Of a stretch of 18,525 bases of DNA, positions 17,055 to 18,525 are shown piece by piece. The stretch is from Candidatus Hadarchaeota archaeon (GTDB lineage Archaea; CAYQAE01; CAYVLA01): positions 1-18,525 of the forward strand of contig CAYVLA010000064.1 of the NCBI GenBank assembly GCA_964452145.1, given 5' to 3'. The notes beneath the pieces were generated by a model. It was given only the letters and a program-made list of their open reading frames with translations. It did not search any database and had not been told where the DNA came from. Every line of letters starts with the position of its first letter. Within the stretch, counting starts at the first letter, position 1. Both the position numbers and the translations under genes were made by a program.

Positions 17055-17320
17055 TGCAGTCGTACAGCACGCCGGGAGACCGAAGGACCTGCCAGAGCTC
17101 TCCCACCCGCCCTACGAAGAGCACTCTCCGCCCCCCGGCTACTGGACCATCGTTTCGGTCTTCTGTACTCCCACCGGCTCTTGCGTGCACTTGCCACCGC
17201 TATCACCGAGAAACTCGCGGGAATCCTGTCCCACTGACTCCGTATGCAATCTCGCAGTCTGCCCATCATCTTGCTTTCGGGTCCGGGCGTTGCGGTGAAG
17301 GTCCGAAGCGATGCAGAGGA
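17055..17320 (-). ncRNA. Candidate structured non-coding RNA or long 5' leader (unknown family)
   Basis: A ~19-bp stem (CAGTA-GCCGGGGGGC-GGAG with CTTC-g-GTCTCCCGGC-g-TGCTG) has G-U pairs only on the minus strand, and there are further small hairpins. BRE/TATA-like GAAAACGCTTATG sits at 17354-17342. No convincing ORF. Confidence 0.35.
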
Positions 17321-17445
17321 CGCCATACGCCCGAGCCGATGCATAAGCGTTTTCAGCACTGCGCGGCTTGCCCTTCGCTAGGCCCAGCAGGACCCAATCG
17401 AGTCGCACGCTGCGCCCACAAGCGGAAGGACCGCCAGGGATTTCA

Positions 17446-18525
17446 ATGGATGTTGTCAAGACGGTCTTCTACAGATCGCCCGCCAAAGGCACGATAGCCT
17501 ACGGCAATTCCTTCTACACACGAGCCGAGGGCGTCGAGAAGATGCGAATTCTGACCACCGAGACCCGCAGTGACACGCTGGATTCGATGCAGCGCAGCTA
17601 CTCGTCCGACAACGGTCGCAGCTGGTCGGATCCTGATGAGGTCCGGTTCATGAACAGGAGGCCCCAAGGGGTGCACAGATCCTACCCCTTGCCCGGCTTC
17701 GTCGATCCTGTCATGGATGAACTCATCACGTTCGTGCTGGAGGGCACCCTGCCCAGCGATGAGCCCTTGGAGGGCATGAAGCGTTGGAGGCTTCGCTACA
17801 GGATCTCTTCCGACGGGGGCAGAACCGACCTGATCGACGAACCAATCATTCAGGAGGGGACATATAGCTCCGACCACCCCTGTCGCGGGGTCTGGGTGGG
17901 CAAGAACAGCATCATGATGGGGGACATCACCTGCCGACCGATCCGCACAACCACTGGTCGAATCCTGATACCTGTCCAGATCACGCCTCTGGGTCCGGGT
18001 GGCGAGTATCACAACCCAGGAGGCGGCCTCACCTACCACGACTCGGCCGTGCTCATCGGGAAATGGGTTAGCAGCCGCCTAATATCGTGGGATCTGAGCG
18101 ACCTAGTAAGGGGAAATCCAGCCCGGTCAACCCGGGGAGTGTTGGAGCCGACCATCGCCGAGATGTCCGATGGCCGTATCCTGATGATCATGCGGGGTAG
18201 CAACGATGTAAGACCCGCGTTGCCTGGGTACAAATGGTACAGCGTTTCAGAAGACGGGGGCTGGTCGTGGAGCGATCCCCAGCCCTGGACCTACGTCGAC
18301 GGATCGGAGTTCCACTCGCCAAGCAGCTGCTCCCAACTTCTCGTTCACAGCAATGGAGCCTGCTACTGGCTGGGCAACATCGCGGGGGTGAATCCCAGGG
18401 GCAATCTTCCTCGCCATCCGCTGGTATTGGGGCAGGTCGACCAGGAGAATCTGCTGCTCATCAGGGACAGTGTGATGGTCGTGGACGATCGGCGAAGTGG
18501 AGAGGATGAAGGAATCTGTCTGTCC
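17446..18525 (+). CDS. Sialidase-family (BNR/Asp-box beta-propeller) protein, 3'-truncated
   Basis: Absent from the ORF track because it has no stop in the window. My translation from ATG 17446 (MDVVKTVFYRSP...) is open for 360 codons. Asp boxes SSDNGRSW, SSDGGRT and SEDGGWSW; sialidase-like EPTIAEMSDGRILMIMR and PRHPL. No signal peptide. Confidence 0.88.
   Translation, partial: MDVVKTVFYRSPAKGTIAYGNSFYTRAEGVEKMRILTTETRSDTLDSMQRSYSSDNGRSWSDPDEVRFMNRRPQGVHRSYPLPGFVDPVMDELITFVLEGTLPSDEPLEGMKRWRLRYRISSDGGRTDLIDEPIIQEGTYSSDHPCRGVWVGKNSIMMGDITCRPIRTTTGRILIPVQITPLGPGGEYHNPGGGLTYHDSAVLIGKWVSSRLISWDLSDLVRGNPARSTRGVLEPTIAEMSDGRILMIMRGSNDVRPALPGYKWYSVSEDGGWSWSDPQPWTYVDGSEFHSPSSCSQLLVHSNGACYWLGNIAGVNPRGNLPRHPLVLGQVDQENLLLIRDSVMVVDDRRSGEDEGICLS

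Noticed and set aside
17040..17190. Short minus-strand frame containing RRVLFVGRV (glycosyltransferase-like)
   Set aside because: About 50 codons with only a 6-residue resemblance; insufficient for a pseudogene call.
17055..17320. Identification as SRP RNA, RNase P RNA or cobalamin riboswitch
   Set aside because: I could not find the SRP helix-8 CAGG-CC-GNRA-GG-AGCA motif, the RNase P GAGGAAAGTCC motif or a B12 box.
17015..17359. 115-aa N-terminal extension of the 1141-aa ORF
   Set aside because: Arg/Ser-rich and non-globular, and a TATA-like box precedes ATG 17014. Not fully excluded.
16388..17497. 369-aa plus-strand ORF and other long shadow ORFs (e.g. 1851..2693, 3766..4404, 11364..12059, 17443..18039)
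   Set aside because: They are antisense to or overlap well-supported genes, have no motifs, and are expected at high GC.
1..18525. CRISPR array, transposase, integrase, rRNA or defence system
   Set aside because: No regularly spaced direct repeats or matching protein motifs were seen on either strand.

Overview
GC-rich window, most likely from an uncultured archaeon. Support: a stand-alone ERCC4-(HhH)2 XPF nuclease, a HisF resembling the Methanobacteria-type as I recall it, BRE/TATA-like boxes about 25-35 nt before most start codons, and an IPE+TM C-terminal sorting-like tail. The left part is mostly housekeeping: a 5'-truncated Cys-rich helical protein, a membrane-anchored hypothetical, hisH-hisF, a lone carA, a 75-aa protein, xpf, a glutamate dehydrogenase and an aldo/keto reductase with an Fe-S tail. 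The right part looks accessory: a surface protein, an SPL-like radical SAM protein with an HhH tail, an iron-sulfur flavoprotein and a putative glycan-processing cluster. That cluster has a secreted TIM-barrel/CARDB/CBM protein, a ~1026-aa (alpha/alpha)6-like protein and a 3'-truncated Asp-box sialidase-like protein. Several intergenic gaps contain long hairpins; the clearest is a ~270-nt candidate structured RNA at 17050-17350. All family calls come from motif recognition by eye; no searches were run.
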